Source: a virus
Lineage: Duplodnaviria; Caudoviricetes
Virus record (IMG/VR): IMGVR_UViG_3300037478_000328
Coordinates: 1-28,913 of that record
DNA length: 28,913 bases
Direction: 5' to 3' (one strand)
Part shown: piece after piece, positions 1-8,267 of the stretch
Layout of the letters: every line of letters begins with the position of its first letter
How positions within the stretch are numbered: position 1 is the stretch's first letter
Notes under the pieces: model-generated
Database searches by the model: none
The model's input: only the letters and a program-made list of their open reading frames with translations
What the model was told of the DNA's origin: nothing
Translations under genes and position numbers: made by a program

Positions 1-304
1 CTGCCTCATCTAGGCTCTCATAAACCCTGTTGCTTAGAAGCATCTCCCTGCCCTCTACGAGAAAGTACTCCTCAAGAAAGCTCTCGTAGGCTTCGTGGGC
101 GGCAGAGCCCTGATTCATCCGGTCAACGTCTCTGGAAGTCATGGGCCGCCGCTCTGCCCCTGTCATAACGTAGTAGAGCTTCCGGGCACAGTCTCCGGCC
201 TCCGATCCCCGGAAGTACCTCTCCCGGGGGGGCGGCTTAGAGCCCTTGGCCAGCTCTCGGTTTAGGGAATCCTTTACGTACTTTTCTAGTGAATGTGGGA
301 TCAA
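1..304 (-). CDS. Cas4-like PD-(D/E)xK exonuclease, N-terminal part (runs off window)
   Basis: My translation from a TTG overlapping the upstream TGA gives ...ERYFRGSEAGDCARKLYYVMTG...MNQGSAAHEAYE, matching the S-x2-G-x-C-x-R-x3-Y ... G-x3-H N-terminus of phage Cas4-like nucleases. Confidence 0.65.
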   Translation of the reverse strand, partial: MIPHSLEKYVKDSLNRELAKGSKPPPRERYFRGSEAGDCARKLYYVMTGAERRPMTSRDVDRMNQGSAAHEAYESFLEEYFLVEGREMLLSNRVYESLDEA

Positions 305-609
305 AACTTCTTCCCCCCGTGGCGGTAGCCTCTTTGGCGATTGGCGGCTACCTTGGCGTTGATTGCCTTTTCCATGTCATAGCGCAGGTACTGAGCCAGG
401 TCTAGGATACGGATAATTGCATCGGCCAGCTCGATCTCTGAGTTTCTAAACTCGGGGCAGTGGGGATCGTTCTGGGGTTCCACCCGGAAGGCCTCCAGAG
501 CCTCGGATAGCTCGCTATGAATTAGCGCGATCTTCTCCCCAATGCACACCGAAGTCCACCACCCGGCCCGCCTAGCGTCCTCGTGGATTACTCTCTGTAG
601 CTCCTTCAC
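301..609 (-). CDS. MazG-like nucleotide pyrophosphohydrolase
   Basis: EKIALIHSELSEALEAFR...EIELADAIIRILDL...NRQRGYRHGGK: ExxE...ExxD helical NTP-PPase pattern. Confidence 0.85.
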   Translation of the reverse strand: MKELQRVIHEDARRAGWWTSVCIGEKIALIHSELSEALEAFRVEPQNDPHCPEFRNSEIELADAIIRILDLAQYLRYDMEKAINAKVAANRQRGYRHGGKKF

Positions 610-849
610 TTATTCATGCTCCCAGGTTCGGGCAATCTTAGGTCCAAAGAGACGCGCCGCAATGGTGCGGGCATCATCAATGATCCGCAGAGGTACAAAT
701 GAAGTATTCTGGAGATCCCCATCTACATCAACAACAAATGCAGTGTCGTCACTGCCAAATTGGAACTCAACACTAAACAGGTTCTCAACATCATCCCACT
801 GCAAGTTACTAACCCAGACTTCAGGCGTTCGCAGCTTAGATGCCAACAT
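610..849 (-). CDS. hypothetical protein
   Basis: 79-aa ORF tightly packed between neighbours, GGAGG upstream. Confidence 0.6.
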   Translation of the reverse strand: MLASKLRTPEVWVSNLQWDDVENLFSVEFQFGSDDTAFVVDVDGDLQNTSFVPLRIIDDARTIAARLFGPKIARTWEHE

Positions 850-851
850 AA

Positions 852-1580
852 TTAAACCTCTCCAAGAAGTTCGTCAATGCTGGGAAGCCCAAGGCTCTCC
901 AGCTCCTTCGAGTACTTAGACACGAGAATCTCCACCACCTCAGCGTCAGGAAGCTCCGTACAGCTACCATGGGCAAGGGTCTTCAGGTCCTGCCGCCCGT
1001 CCTGCCATCCCTCTAGCGAAATCGGACAGGGGGTGGAGTCAATGGCGACCTGCCAGGTATCGGCCCCCTTACGGGACTTCGGGGCGTAGTCCACGACCAC
1101 ATCAAACCCTTCCTCGGGATCCAACATGTCCCACTTCCGCCCCCGCTTCTGAGCCATCTCCATCGACCGAGAGGCCTGGGCGGCCAGCTTCTTAGCCGAC
1201 GGCTTGTACATCTTCCAGACAACCTGCCGTCCCTGGTCAACAAGAACGATGTTGGCAAAGGTCTCCGTGGAGAGGCCGATCTTGCCTACGATGCCGTTCT
1301 GGTAATGCATGACCTGCTCCCAGAGGTCCCACTTCTGCCCCCCATTAGCCTTGGCAATCTTCCAGATTGAGTCTACAACCTTTCGGACCGGCTTGGAGGA
1401 CACAATCAGGCCCTTGTCCAGAATGTTGTAGTGGACATATCGGGTCTCTAGGGCCGCATACTCCCCCTCCTCACCGGGAAGAAACCTAACGGTGGTTACG
1501 GACTCCTTTTCCGGCTTCCACATGGTATGGCTCTCACCACCAACTACATCATCATAGAACCGCATCAGATCGGAATTCAT
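852..1580 (-). CDS. single-stranded DNA-binding protein, T4 gp32-like
   Basis: WKPE...VRFLP...YVHYN and DPEEGFDVVV motifs, acidic C-terminus; start moved to ATG 1580, just after the upstream stop at 1583. Confidence 0.7.
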   Translation of the reverse strand: MNSDLMRFYDDVVGGESHTMWKPEKESVTTVRFLPGEEGEYAALETRYVHYNILDKGLIVSSKPVRKVVDSIWKIAKANGGQKWDLWEQVMHYQNGIVGKIGLSTETFANIVLVDQGRQVVWKMYKPSAKKLAAQASRSMEMAQKRGRKWDMLDPEEGFDVVVDYAPKSRKGADTWQVAIDSTPCPISLEGWQDGRQDLKTLAHGSCTELPDAEVVEILVSKYSKELESLGLPSIDELLGEV

Positions 1581-1582
1581 CT

Positions 1583-1975
1583 CTAAGCCTCTTTCTCTGT
1601 TCTGGGAATAATCACTTCGTCGATGTACTTGATTACCACTGAGTCTTCCGTCCAAACTCCCTTGTGAGCCTTCTCATCATCCCTAAACACCCTGCCTCGA
1701 ATATGAACCACACCAAAGTCATTCGCTTCAATAAGGTAAGTCTCATCCTGTACTGTCATCCAAGAAGGTCTTGAATCATTTAAGCGGGTTACCCACCCCC
1801 ATGTTTTTACAAGATCATCAAGAATTCCAACTTTATCTGCGTAAACACCTAAGCAGCAGTAGCACTGGTAGGAAGGATTAGAGCCCTCAATCACTCGTCC
1901 CCGCAAAGATCCAGAACCTCTTGGATATTCACCGGAGAGTAGAGCCTCTCTCCACTCCTGGGGAGTAATCTCCAT
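1583..1975 (-). CDS. hypothetical phage protein, paralog 1 of the 'EWRxALLSG...YIDEVIIP' family
   Basis: WREALLSGEY...CYCCLGV; termini shared with 1975..2274 and 10799..11092. Confidence 0.75.
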   Translation of the reverse strand: MEITPQEWREALLSGEYPRGSGSLRGRVIEGSNPSYQCYCCLGVYADKVGILDDLVKTWGWVTRLNDSRPSWMTVQDETYLIEANDFGVVHIRGRVFRDDEKAHKGVWTEDSVVIKYIDEVIIPRTEKEA

Positions 1976-2274
1976 TATGATCCAACCTCCCTAGGGATAA
2001 TCACTTCGTCAAGATACTTGAGCACTGCCGAACCTTCTTCCCAATCTACGACATCCTTTTCTTTGAAAGTTTTACCATCAATGGTGACCTTGCCCGTATC
2101 ATTAGCGTTAATAAGCAAGGTTTCATCTTCTCGCGTCATCCACGATGGCCGACAGTGCTGCCCCAATACTCCATGCAAAATAAGCTCCTCATCTTTAGAT
2201 CTGAGGTGCCCAATACCCCTTGAGTACTCACCCGAAAGCAAAGCGGCCCGCCATTCTTGGGGGGTAATCTCCAT
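1975..2274 (-). CDS. hypothetical phage protein, paralog 2 (tandem duplicate)
   Basis: MEITPQEWRAALLSGEY...RPSWMT...KYLDEVIIPR; TAATG stop/start coupling to paralog 1. Confidence 0.75.
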   Translation of the reverse strand: MEITPQEWRAALLSGEYSRGIGHLRSKDEELILHGVLGQHCRPSWMTREDETLLINANDTGKVTIDGKTFKEKDVVDWEEGSAVLKYLDEVIIPREVGS

Positions 2275-2294
2275 TATACTACATCTCCTCTCTC

Positions 2295-2630
2295 TTAGTC
2301 AACAATTTTCTTTCCATCCTCAGGGCTGTCATCGGAGTCCTCCTCAAAGCTGGCTATGCCCAGGTCTGGATCAAGCAAGAGCCAACCGGGCTTTACCTCT
2401 TCCCCAGCATCAAAGGACTCAACAAAATCACCTGTTTTGCCACAACAACTATACTCTGCGGAGGGTAAACAATCCGTACCGCTCCACACCGTAATGTTCT
2501 CGATTCCCACCTCCACATCATTAACATCGGGAGAGAAGGCCTCCCAAAGAGCCAGCCCTAAAGGACACTTGGAGCAGTTATCCTTTTCTCCCTTGGCAAT
2601 GTGCTCCTCTGAAACCCTAACACGAATCAT
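2295..2630 (-). CDS. hypothetical phage protein with CxxC
   Basis: VSEEHIAKG...CSKCPLGLAL; co-oriented and overlapping the upstream gene end. Confidence 0.65.
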   Translation of the reverse strand: MIRVRVSEEHIAKGEKDNCSKCPLGLALWEAFSPDVNDVEVGIENITVWSGTDCLPSAEYSCCGKTGDFVESFDAGEEVKPGWLLLDPDLGIASFEEDSDDSPEDGKKIVD

Positions 2631-3168
2631 AGCTGGGCTCCCTTTTGAAGATATCCTCAGGCCGTATGCCCTCTGTCTTGATCTGCCTCCGAATTCTCTC
2701 CAGCCGGGCTTTTAACGTACCACGCTTAATTCCGCTAAGTGAAGCTAATTCGGTTAACGTGGTCCCCGCCCAAGAAGGCGTACCCCCATTTCCGTGATGC
2801 TCCAGATATACTTGGTTATCCCACATCATCTGGAGCATCTCTTGGTTTACCTCAGAAAACATTGAGAAGTCCGGGGGGAGGTAGTTGACCGTAGAGCTTT
2901 CCTTGCTCTCTTCTTTCCCCCCAAGAGTAGTAAACTCAAGGTCTCGGGGGAAGAAGCACCGCCACAGGCCCCGCTGAAGATACATGGGGGAGGTGTGTGG
3001 TTTCTCACACATGTACATATAGCCCGCCTGGAATAGCTCGTCGGACTCTAGCCCCCGATCTCTGGCCACCGGGTTCCGAAGAATCTTGGCGGCGATCCAC
3101 CTTAGACCATCGTTTAAACACATCCTCCAGTACTTGTTCGGGGGCTCATCTAGGGGTAGGGCGATCAT
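2617..3168 (-). CDS. putative sigma70/ECF-like factor or HTH transcription regulator
   Basis: GLESDELFQAGYMYM resembles sigma region 2; C-terminal TLTELASLSGIKRGTLKARLERIRRQIK resembles the region 4 HTH. Confidence 0.55.
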   Translation of the reverse strand: MIALPLDEPPNKYWRMCLNDGLRWIAAKILRNPVARDRGLESDELFQAGYMYMCEKPHTSPMYLQRGLWRCFFPRDLEFTTLGGKEESKESSTVNYLPPDFSMFSEVNQEMLQMMWDNQVYLEHHGNGGTPSWAGTTLTELASLSGIKRGTLKARLERIRRQIKTEGIRPEDIFKREPSYDSC

Positions 3169-3401
3169 ACTGGCGGCCGACCCGTCATGGTCACCGGAAC
3201 AATGTTGCTCGACCTAGACTTCTGGGCCGCCTCCTGTAGCTGAATGGCCATCTCCTTTAGCCTAAGCTCCTGGAGCACCAGGTCCTGCTCGGCCAGCTTA
3301 AGCCGGATCTGCGAGGCAAAAAACAACTGCTCACCCTCTCCGGCCTCCAGCCTCTCAATGTTGCTCTCGATAGCAGCGATGTGCTCTTCAATAGTAGCCA
3401 T
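3165..3401 (-). CDS. hypothetical helical/coiled-coil protein
   Basis: ATG 3401 with GAGGA upstream; ATGA overlap with next gene. Confidence 0.6.
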   Translation of the reverse strand: MATIEEHIAAIESNIERLEAGEGEQLFFASQIRLKLAEQDLVLQELRLKEMAIQLQEAAQKSRSSNIVPVTMTGRPPV

Positions 3402-3603
3402 CAGAATCCTCCTCATCTTCTTCCAGTGCTTCCTTCCAAGCTAATAGGGCGGCTTCTTCTGGAGTGTTATCAAGGCTTCTCTCCAGAAAGTAGCTATCCA
3501 ATAGCTCTTCAACATCAAACCCGTAAGCGTTACCTTGTTCGATCAAAGCCTCCACCCACGTCTGGTCTGGGTACTTAGTCAAGACAATCACAATACACCT
3601 CAA
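3388..3603 (-). CDS. hypothetical acidic protein
   Basis: 71-aa ORF overlapping both neighbours; acidic tail. Confidence 0.5.
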   Translation of the reverse strand: MRCIVIVLTKYPDQTWVEALIEQGNAYGFDVEELLDSYFLERSLDNTPEEAALLAWKEALEEDEEDSDGYY

Positions 3604-3863
3604 AATGGGATTTCGTCAGGTAACTGCTTAATTACACCTTCTGGCGTAACTTCATACTCATAATACCCGTACCAATTAAATATCTCTCCTTTCTGTGTCA
3701 TAAACCACAAGAGAAGATCAGCCGACCACTTAAGCTGAAGGCTCCAAGAAGTACCACCACTCTTAGAGTTCATTCTTGCTTTGTGGTTAGCTATCACTCT
3801 TAAAGTTTCTTTCTTATGCGTTGGAAGATGGTACATCTTAGTGAGAAATTTCATACGAGTCAC
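3600..3863 (-). CDS. hypothetical protein
   Basis: GGAAGGAGG upstream of GTG; ends DEIPF, an SSB-like C-terminal tail. Confidence 0.6.
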   Translation of the reverse strand: MTRMKFLTKMYHLPTHKKETLRVIANHKARMNSKSGGTSWSLQLKWSADLLLWFMTQKGEIFNWYGYYEYEVTPEGVIKQLPDEIPF

Positions 3864-3881
3864 CCTTTAACCCTCCTTCCT

Positions 3882-4598
3882 TTACGTAACAACAACCATA
3901 TCCGCCATGTTGTCTCCTACCTTTAGTTCTATTTCTAGGGGAACCAGGAGAGAATTCCCAAGATTCAGCCTGGGGGTGGTAGGGGCTTCAAAGCACATGA
4001 GGTGCGTAAACATTTCACACACCTCTTGAACAGCAGACGGGGGACAATCGGCGTACAAACCGTCATGCACATTCAAGATGAAAAAGTCTGGGTACAGCCG
4101 AGCAAATCTGTTTTGAGCTTCTATCGTTAGCTCTGCCGCCGGACCTTGAACCAGCATGTTAGTACCTTCTCGGATTAGCTTGGAATCAATCCCAGGCTTT
4201 CCGGTAAAGTACATCGGTCTGGTTCGCCCGGTGATTGTGGTAACCTTACCCTCCTTCTTAATCTTGTAACCTGATTCTTCTATCTTCTTATGAAGCTGAG
4301 GATAGGCTCTCTTGTGAGCAAACACCAGCTCTTCAGCTTCTTCTAAAGAACATCCCAAAGACTCTGAAATCTGTCTTCCCTTAGAACCATAAACAATACC
4401 AAAGGTCACCCCCTTAGCTTTGGTTCTAAGCTCATCTTTAGGAAGGTTCCTTAGCGTTGAGCTGATTTCACTAACTCTTTCGGCCGTTCTTGAATGGACA
4501 TCCCCCGATAGAATATCATCGGCTAGGTTCCCATCCGGCCAGACTGCCGTGGATATTCTTAGCTCTAGCTGGGAGTAGTCCGCACTAACCAAAGGCAT
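3882..4598 (-). CDS. polA: DNA polymerase family A, C-terminal half (motifs A, B, C)
   Basis: Motif A LVSADYSQLELR at the very N-terminus, motif B RTKAKGVTFGIVYG, TTITGRTR, NMLVQGPAA, motif C NVHDGL. Confidence 0.93.
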   Translation of the reverse strand: MPLVSADYSQLELRISTAVWPDGNLADDILSGDVHSRTAERVSEISSTLRNLPKDELRTKAKGVTFGIVYGSKGRQISESLGCSLEEAEELVFAHKRAYPQLHKKIEESGYKIKKEGKVTTITGRTRPMYFTGKPGIDSKLIREGTNMLVQGPAAELTIEAQNRFARLYPDFFILNVHDGLYADCPPSAVQEVCEMFTHLMCFEAPTTPRLNLGNSLLVPLEIELKVGDNMADMVVVT

Positions 4599-4603
4599 GT
4601 CTC

Positions 4604-4834
4604 TTAGTCCTTAGTTCTAGTAGACCTAGGAACAGAACGAGGACCAGAGTTATCATAGTCGTTGTTGTGAAACCCAGCCCCCTTAAACTTTATTCCAGCT
4701 CCTCTCCCAACCAATCGAATAAGATCACCCCCACAACCAGGTTCTGGACAAGTGGTTAGCTTATCTTCCCCCATTGATTGGTATTCAACAAAAGCATAGC
4801 CACACTTTTTACACTCGTAATCGTAGGTTGGCAT
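4604..4834 (-). CDS. FmdB-family zinc-ribbon protein
   Basis: MPTYDYECKKCG...CPEPGCGG...GAGIKFKGAGFHNNDY is the FmdB signature; AAAGGAGA SD, ATG overlaps the upstream TGA. Confidence 0.88.
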   Translation of the reverse strand: MPTYDYECKKCGYAFVEYQSMGEDKLTTCPEPGCGGDLIRLVGRGAGIKFKGAGFHNNDYDNSGPRSVPRSTRTKD

Positions 4835-5994
4835 CAAGTTTCTCCTTTGTACCTTGAAACTAACAACTCTCTGATTGGAAAGGACCCTTTGGGTCTTTCT
4901 AGATTTTGAAGATTAGGAGCTTTAGGAGTTCTAGAACCACAACTAGTTCTTCCAGTTAAAGTACCATTGATGTTAAACTTAGTATGTATTATACCATCTA
5001 CTCCACAAGAAGTCAAGAGGTCTGTTATCTTTTCTATCTTTTTCTTATTCTTGCGGTACTTTAGTAGCAGATCTAGAGTTACAGCCTGTTCTCTCCAGGC
5101 AAGACGCCTACTCTCTGTTTCTAACATCCAATTTTTTAGCTTCTGTATAGCATCATCATCTACACTCCTCCCCCCCTTCTTAGTTTTCTTCAAAACCGGA
5201 AGTTCCTTAGTATCAAATAAATACTCCCCCCACTGTTTTGTGGATCGAATATTTTTAACGCTTGTTCTTTCTGTTAGATCCTTTTCCAGCGCCAGAAGCC
5301 CATTCTCCAGCTCCTCCCGCCACGCCAGGGCTTTCTCCACGTCCAGACAGGCTCCATTGGTCTCTGCCCGGAGAAAGCTATACTCGGCCTCTGAGAGCGT
5401 TTCGATGATGCCGGTACCCATGGTCGGGTTGGCCTCTAAAACGCGCTCATAGAGCCCCAGAGTGGCTAGAGCGTCCTGTCCGGCGTAGGGCACGAGGACA
5501 TGCTCCGGAACATCGTCCCAGCCCTTGCCTGGATTCAGCTCGAACCACCTCTCTAGGGGGGCGGAGTAGTTCCCGCAGGAGAGGCCCCACTCCATGACCT
5601 GGGCCTTTAGACCCCTGGAGATCCCCAGTCGATAGGGGTTGTGCAGATGTAAAAGAGTTGCTACGTCTCGGACAGGGCCGTTAATTTCGATCCCTAATCT
5701 CTGAAGGCAGGCCATGTCAATACGGATGTTGAAGCCGATTTTTAGGATCTTTGGGTCATTAAAGACACGACGAACCCAGCCAGGTACTGCGTTAGCTTTA
5801 ATCACTCCGCAGTAAGTACCTGTAAGGTCGAATTTTAAAGCCAGAGAAATATAGGTGACTTCAAAAAAATCTGCATAAGGATCTAAACCACCACGAAACT
5901 CACAATCAAATGCCACCTCTGTTACGTTGTGACTGCCCGGCATGAATATGGCTGGGTACGCCATGTAGTTTCTATAATTAAACCAGTTGGACAT
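4834..5994 (-). CDS. polA: DNA polymerase family A, N-terminal half (3'-5' exonuclease, thumb)
   Basis: ExoI FDCE, ExoII FNIRID, ExoIII YAGQD; NIRSTKQW, TKKGGRSVD, GTLTGRTS, PNLQNL; ends RELLVSRYKGET just before motif A. Confidence 0.92.
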   Translation of the reverse strand: MSNWFNYRNYMAYPAIFMPGSHNVTEVAFDCEFRGGLDPYADFFEVTYISLALKFDLTGTYCGVIKANAVPGWVRRVFNDPKILKIGFNIRIDMACLQRLGIEINGPVRDVATLLHLHNPYRLGISRGLKAQVMEWGLSCGNYSAPLERWFELNPGKGWDDVPEHVLVPYAGQDALATLGLYERVLEANPTMGTGIIETLSEAEYSFLRAETNGACLDVEKALAWREELENGLLALEKDLTERTSVKNIRSTKQWGEYLFDTKELPVLKKTKKGGRSVDDDAIQKLKNWMLETESRRLAWREQAVTLDLLLKYRKNKKKIEKITDLLTSCGVDGIIHTKFNINGTLTGRTSCGSRTPKAPNLQNLERPKGSFPIRELLVSRYKGET

Positions 5995-6811
5995 AGCTAT
6001 CCAATCCTAGCTCTTCAAGAGTTTTAGTAACCCAAGGAATGATTTTCTCTTCGGTGTTTAAACGCTTGTTAATGTTCAAGATCAGCTCATCTCCGGAGCG
6101 TTTCATTGGCTCCTCTACAAATCCATAAGTACTTCTAGCACCAAGCTCTTCGGAGTTTTCTTGCTGCTCGATGATTGAAAAGTAAAACCTCCTCAAGATA
6201 TCTGTGCTAATCATAAAGTACATGATCTTTTTGAGGTTAAGAGGATGGCGGCTTTCCTGGATAGGAAACCTACAAGCATAGGTGCTGCTGTTATACCTTG
6301 TTTGTATCTCCAGCCACAAATCTAGGGTTAGCCCAATCTTTCTGAGAATCTGCACCATAGCGAACATTGCAACCCCACAGTACATCCTCTCTTGGGCTGA
6401 CACGGTGTAGTTATAGCAACCATTTACCACGCATTTCATAGCCTTCTTGCAGGTTAGGGCTTCTTCAGTAACCCATCGGACATTAGCATCAGGCAATCCA
6501 GCAGCCCATCGGGGGTAAGAGGTATAACCCCCCACGGGGGAAGATACATAGTCTAGAGTCTCGTCAAACACGGGTCGAAACTTTGAAACTATGCTCTCCA
6601 GGTTCTTTGCCTGGGCTTCTAGCTCACCATCTAGCAACCCATTATGGTACTCTCTGAACCACTTTTCGGCCTGGGACATATCGGCCGACTTAAAAAAGTC
6701 CGGGTTGGTCGCCCTCGGTGCATGTGACGTATCATCAGGATGCACAGACCTTTTTATCAAAGCCTTTCTAACAAAGGCTTCGGCCGTTGGGAACCTTTCG
6801 TATGTGTTCAC
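5978..6811 (-). CDS. putative vWA-like partner of the AAA+ ATPase
   Basis: Directly downstream of the MoxR-like ATPase; alpha/beta pattern CVVNGCYN...GVAMFAMVQILRKIGLTLDLW...ILRRFYF; no canonical DxSxS. Confidence 0.5.
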   Translation of the reverse strand: MNTYERFPTAEAFVRKALIKRSVHPDDTSHAPRATNPDFFKSADMSQAEKWFREYHNGLLDGELEAQAKNLESIVSKFRPVFDETLDYVSSPVGGYTSYPRWAAGLPDANVRWVTEEALTCKKAMKCVVNGCYNYTVSAQERMYCGVAMFAMVQILRKIGLTLDLWLEIQTRYNSSTYACRFPIQESRHPLNLKKIMYFMISTDILRRFYFSIIEQQENSEELGARSTYGFVEEPMKRSGDELILNINKRLNTEEKIIPWVTKTLEELGLDSYVQLV

Positions 6812-7917
6812 ACAACCTCCCTAATACGGGCTACATCTTCGGGGGGACACGACTTCCAGATTCGGCCATTCTCTACAACTATCTGGGGCACCCCGTTTGC
6901 CAAAAGCCCAAGCCCGTCATAAACGGCCCTAGGGGAGACGAGGTGAGTAATCTGTAGCTTCTCGATAGCCCGGCGGTACTTTCGAATCGAAGTTACCCAA
7001 CCTGCCGTCTGCTTTTTGGGCATCTTCAGGGCCTCACCAAGCCCCAAGGCAATCCGCATTTCCAGCGTCTCATCAATGGGGATGAACACCTCCACAAATC
7101 GGTCCAGGGTGGCGGCATCAATAGCGTTTCGGCCGACGTATTCATGGGTTGCCCCGGTGCCTTGGGTGTTGGCCGTGGCCACCAGGAGGAAGTTATCATG
7201 CTTCTTTACCGGCAACACCTGGTCAGGGAAGCTCATAACCCCGTTAGACAGAGCGGAGTTAAGCACCGCGAGGATATTGGGGTTTCCGTTGTCCACCTCA
7301 TCCAAGAGATAGACCCCTCCATGCTCCCATGCCTGGCGGAATGCCGTGGTTCTGTACTGATCCATGTACATGTACCCAAGCATCTTGTAATCCTCTGTGG
7401 TTTTACAGAGGGAGATTTGGTAGAACGGTAGCGCATATGCCTCGGCTAGCTGCTGGGCAAGATGGGACTTGCCGGTCCCGGCTGGGCCATAGAGCCACAT
7501 GCCGCCCTTGATAGAGCCCTCCAGAAGACCCTTGGAAATCTTAATCAGGGTAGGAAAGATTTCGTGATGAACCTCCGGCGGGGGGAGCGCCTCCTTGGCC
7601 ACCCGAAGAATTACCTTGAGAGGCTTTGGAGGAGGAGGAGCTTCCTGTTCCTGAGGAGCTTCCGGAGCCTCCTGTTCCTGGGGGGGAGCCTCACCAGGGA
7701 GATCCTTGGGTCCTGAACCCTCCTCCTTCCACTCTGCGTAGATTTGCTTGGCAAATTCCTTAGTATCCTTGTCGAGCCCTTGCGCCTCGTTGGCGCACCA
7801 GTAAAAATACTGGGCTCCGCGCTTACCCTCTCCGAGCACCTCATCCACGCTCTTGTTTCGATGGGCCTGGCCGAAGCCGACCCGGATCACACCATCGGCG
7901 TCCTTGTAAAACTTCAT
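6808..7917 (-). CDS. MoxR/CbbQ/CobS-type AAA+ ATPase
   Basis: Walker A GPAGTGKS, Walker B YLLDEVD, sensor ATANT, DAATLDRF, VSPR. Confidence 0.9.
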   Translation of the reverse strand: MKFYKDADGVIRVGFGQAHRNKSVDEVLGEGKRGAQYFYWCANEAQGLDKDTKEFAKQIYAEWKEEGSGPKDLPGEAPPQEQEAPEAPQEQEAPPPPKPLKVILRVAKEALPPPEVHHEIFPTLIKISKGLLEGSIKGGMWLYGPAGTGKSHLAQQLAEAYALPFYQISLCKTTEDYKMLGYMYMDQYRTTAFRQAWEHGGVYLLDEVDNGNPNILAVLNSALSNGVMSFPDQVLPVKKHDNFLLVATANTQGTGATHEYVGRNAIDAATLDRFVEVFIPIDETLEMRIALGLGEALKMPKKQTAGWVTSIRKYRRAIEKLQITHLVSPRAVYDGLGLLANGVPQIVVENGRIWKSCPPEDVARIREVV

Positions 7918-8267
7918 AGCTCGTCAGGTCTCCTTTTTAGGTCCTTGATGAAGAAGGGCATAAGAGCTTTTTGCTTTAGCACTACTTCTGGGTCAAACGT
8001 TATTCGACAAGGGATATAGACCCCATTAACGGGTCTCCAAGACCAAATCTTGTTCCGGTCTACCGATATCTTGATAGGCAGCCCCAAGACAGCGGAAGCT
8101 GCTCTAGGCCCTAGGAACATGATGGCTTCTGTTTCGATAGGGTAAGGCACTCCGGCCACAAACTCCGTGTATACGGCTCTTAGGTCGGGATGGGCCAAGA
8201 GATTTTTTGCTTCTGTGCTTAGCCCAGCCTCCGCAACTAGATAATTCCATTTTGTATGATGCTCCAT
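7914..8267 (-). CDS. hypothetical protein
   Basis: Start placed at ATG 8267 with GGAG SD; ATGA overlap with the ATPase gene. Confidence 0.55.
   Translation of the reverse strand: MEHHTKWNYLVAEAGLSTEAKNLLAHPDLRAVYTEFVAGVPYPIETEAIMFLGPRAASAVLGLPIKISVDRNKIWSWRPVNGVYIPCRITFDPEVVLKQKALMPFFIKDLKRRPDEL

Noticed and set aside
1-304. CRISPR-Cas locus suggested by the Cas4-like ORF
   Set aside because: No repeat-spacer array or other cas genes; stand-alone Cas4-like nucleases are common in phage replication modules
4599-4837. Group I/II intron, intein or IS as the cause of the polA split
   Set aside because: The interval is almost fully occupied by the FmdB ORF; no intron core, intein termini, terminal repeats or target duplication seen
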